From Promethearchaeati archaeon (GTDB lineage: Archaea > Asgardarchaeota > Heimdallarchaeia > Heimdallarchaeales > Heimdallarchaeaceae): DNA of 60,701 nt. Every line of letters starts with the position of its first letter. The stretch's first letter is position 1. Location: assembly GCA_013166775.1 (NCBI GenBank), contig JABLTJ010000018.1:1-60701 (forward strand), given 5' to 3'. The notes under the pieces are model-generated. The model was not told the origin of the DNA and did no database searches. It worked only from the letters and a program-made list of their open reading frames with translations. This document shows positions 59,183-60,701 of the stretch, one piece after another. The translations under genes and the position numbers were made by a program.

Positions 59183-60127
59183 TTAGATTGTTACTTCTAT
59201 CTGAAGTTTTCTAACTAACTCTTTGTATCGATTACGTACTGTAACTTCTGTAACAGTGGCTGTTTCCGCTATTTCTCGTTGAGTACGTCTTTCTCCTTCT
59301 GTTATCCCTGCGATATAAATTGCAGCAGCTGCTAATCCTGTTGGATCTTTACCTGCTGTAAGATTGTGCTCTTTTGCTCTGTTGAGTAACTCAACTGCTT
59401 TTCGAGCTGTTCTTCCGCTCAAACGTAATTCCGCTGCGAAACGAACAATATAATCTGTTGGATTAGCTAGTGGAATTTTAATATCAAGCTCACGAACAAT
59501 TAATCTATAACATCGACCAAGCTCTTTTTTGGATATACGGGAATGTCTTGCGATTTCATCCAGTGTTCTTGGAACACGTCGAATCCTCGCACCTGCGTAA
59601 GCTGTTGCACCTATCATTGCCTCAATAGAACGACCCCTTATGAGACGTTTTTCAATCGCTTTTCTATAGATATTAGCTGCAGTCTCATTCACACTTCGTG
59701 GAATGCCTAATTGAGAAGACAAACGATCTAACTCTGACATTGCATATGCTAAATTTCTGTCTATTGAACTGTGCACTCGAGTACGGATTTGCCATTTTCT
59801 CAAACGATAAATCTGTGCTCTGCGTTTTGGAGAAAGCTTCTTACCATAAACATCTCTATCCTCCCAACCAATCTGGGTTGAGAGTCCTTTATCATGAATG
59901 GTTATAGTGGTAGGAGAACCAACTCTGCTTCTTTTGGACCGTTCTTCTGCTGTAAAAGCTCTCCATTCAGGTCCATCGTCAATGAGTTTTTCTTCAACGA
60001 CTGTTCCACAGTTTCTGCAAATGTGTTCGCCTCTAGTTTCATCAAGAATAACATCTTCGCTTCCACATTCAGGACACTCAATATCCTCTTCTTCTCTGTA
60101 TGTTGAAGTATCTTTTTCATCACTCAT
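59183..60127 (-). CDS. tfb: Transcription initiation factor IIB (TFB)
   Basis: CPECG..CRNCG, GPEWRAF, HDKGLST, RLRKWQ, GKDPTGLAAA, TEVTVRNRYKEL. Confidence 0.97.
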   Translation of the reverse strand: MSDEKDTSTYREEEDIECPECGSEDVILDETRGEHICRNCGTVVEEKLIDDGPEWRAFTAEERSKRSRVGSPTTITIHDKGLSTQIGWEDRDVYGKKLSPKRRAQIYRLRKWQIRTRVHSSIDRNLAYAMSELDRLSSQLGIPRSVNETAANIYRKAIEKRLIRGRSIEAMIGATAYAGARIRRVPRTLDEIARHSRISKKELGRCYRLIVRELDIKIPLANPTDYIVRFAAELRLSGRTARKAVELLNRAKEHNLTAGKDPTGLAAAAIYIAGITEGERRTQREIAETATVTEVTVRNRYKELVRKLQIEVTI

Positions 60128-60701
60128 TCTTTTACCTACCTACTTATTTGGCTAAATATTTCTTTTATTTTCCATTATTTGATCTAAACCATTTGAAGTA
60201 CTGTTATTTGTTTTAATGCATTACTTGGTAATTCAGTAAAGCATTACATAAAGGTTAATTCATGATTAACGTTGTATCTGTGAGTGAGATTCTCCACTCT
60301 GTTTTATGCTAGCCAACATAAAATGAGTATGAAACCCACCAAATTCTTGAAGATCCCTATTTAAATATTTCTGCTGAACGGATTGTACCTATTCTTTTTT
60401 GAGGTTGAATACCATATATAAACTTTTGTATCACTTTAGTATTTTCAATTTCCTATGCAGATAGGCCAAAATCCCAAAATTTTCCAGTTCAAAGATGTTT
60501 TAACCTCTTAATCATATATAAATTTTACGAAAAATTATAAAAAACCCCTTAAATTTTCTCTCTAGCGCTTTTATTTCCAGAGATTCAAATCATTTTAGTT
60601 ATAGCTTCTACCTATATTTGAGTAACATTAAATTTACCTTCTTGTATCTTAAAGCTTTTAAATTTTCAATATATATATTTATTAACCAATTTAGAAATCT
60701 C

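Noticed and set aside
208-60155. Remaining short antisense or overlapping ORFs in the track
   Set aside because: All lie within well-supported genes and show no motifs
60481-60590. ORB-like motifs (tttccag.., G-string) suggesting a replication origin
   Set aside because: Poor match to TTCCAxxGAAA..GGGG and no cdc6/orc1 visible; cannot be excluded beyond the window edge

Overview
AT-rich (roughly one-third GC by eye), gene-dense archaeal chromosomal segment. It is most consistent with an Asgard archaeon (Heimdallarchaeia-like; inference from TFB/RpoP/aIF1, a RING protein, a Get3-like ATPase, a TRAP-beta-like protein and 24-aa LRR proteins). In order it contains: a 67-nt GC-rich foreign-looking dppC-like stub; a fixABCX cluster interrupted by an orphan Schlafen/AlbA-associated C-terminal domain; a giant GNAT; an LRR pseudogene; a radical SAM; a Zn-ribbon+RING gene with a probable CTG start; a ~19-kb purine+pyrimidine supercluster (pyrBI, purC-S fusion/QLEMNFD, HTH-PRTase regulator, 2x purP, guaA, pyrE, pyrDKCF) with a recurring TTTRCA-N6-TGCAAA palindrome; a HEAT/LRR accessory patch; glpK, GT2, map, HtpX-like, NPP and HAD genes; an unannotated ~86-nt kink-turn/box C/D-like sRNA with its own promoter and guides matching the 23S peptidyl-transferase centre; DegV x2, TRAP-beta-like + Get3, TatD; aIF1 (GUG start overlapped by out-of-frame AUGs) followed by an AUU-start Zn-ribbon gene; rpoP, glyS, a mini-TFB and TFB with a hairpin-rich leader. 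No tRNA, rRNA, CRISPR array or transposase was recognised. All family assignments are by eye from motifs; no database search was run.
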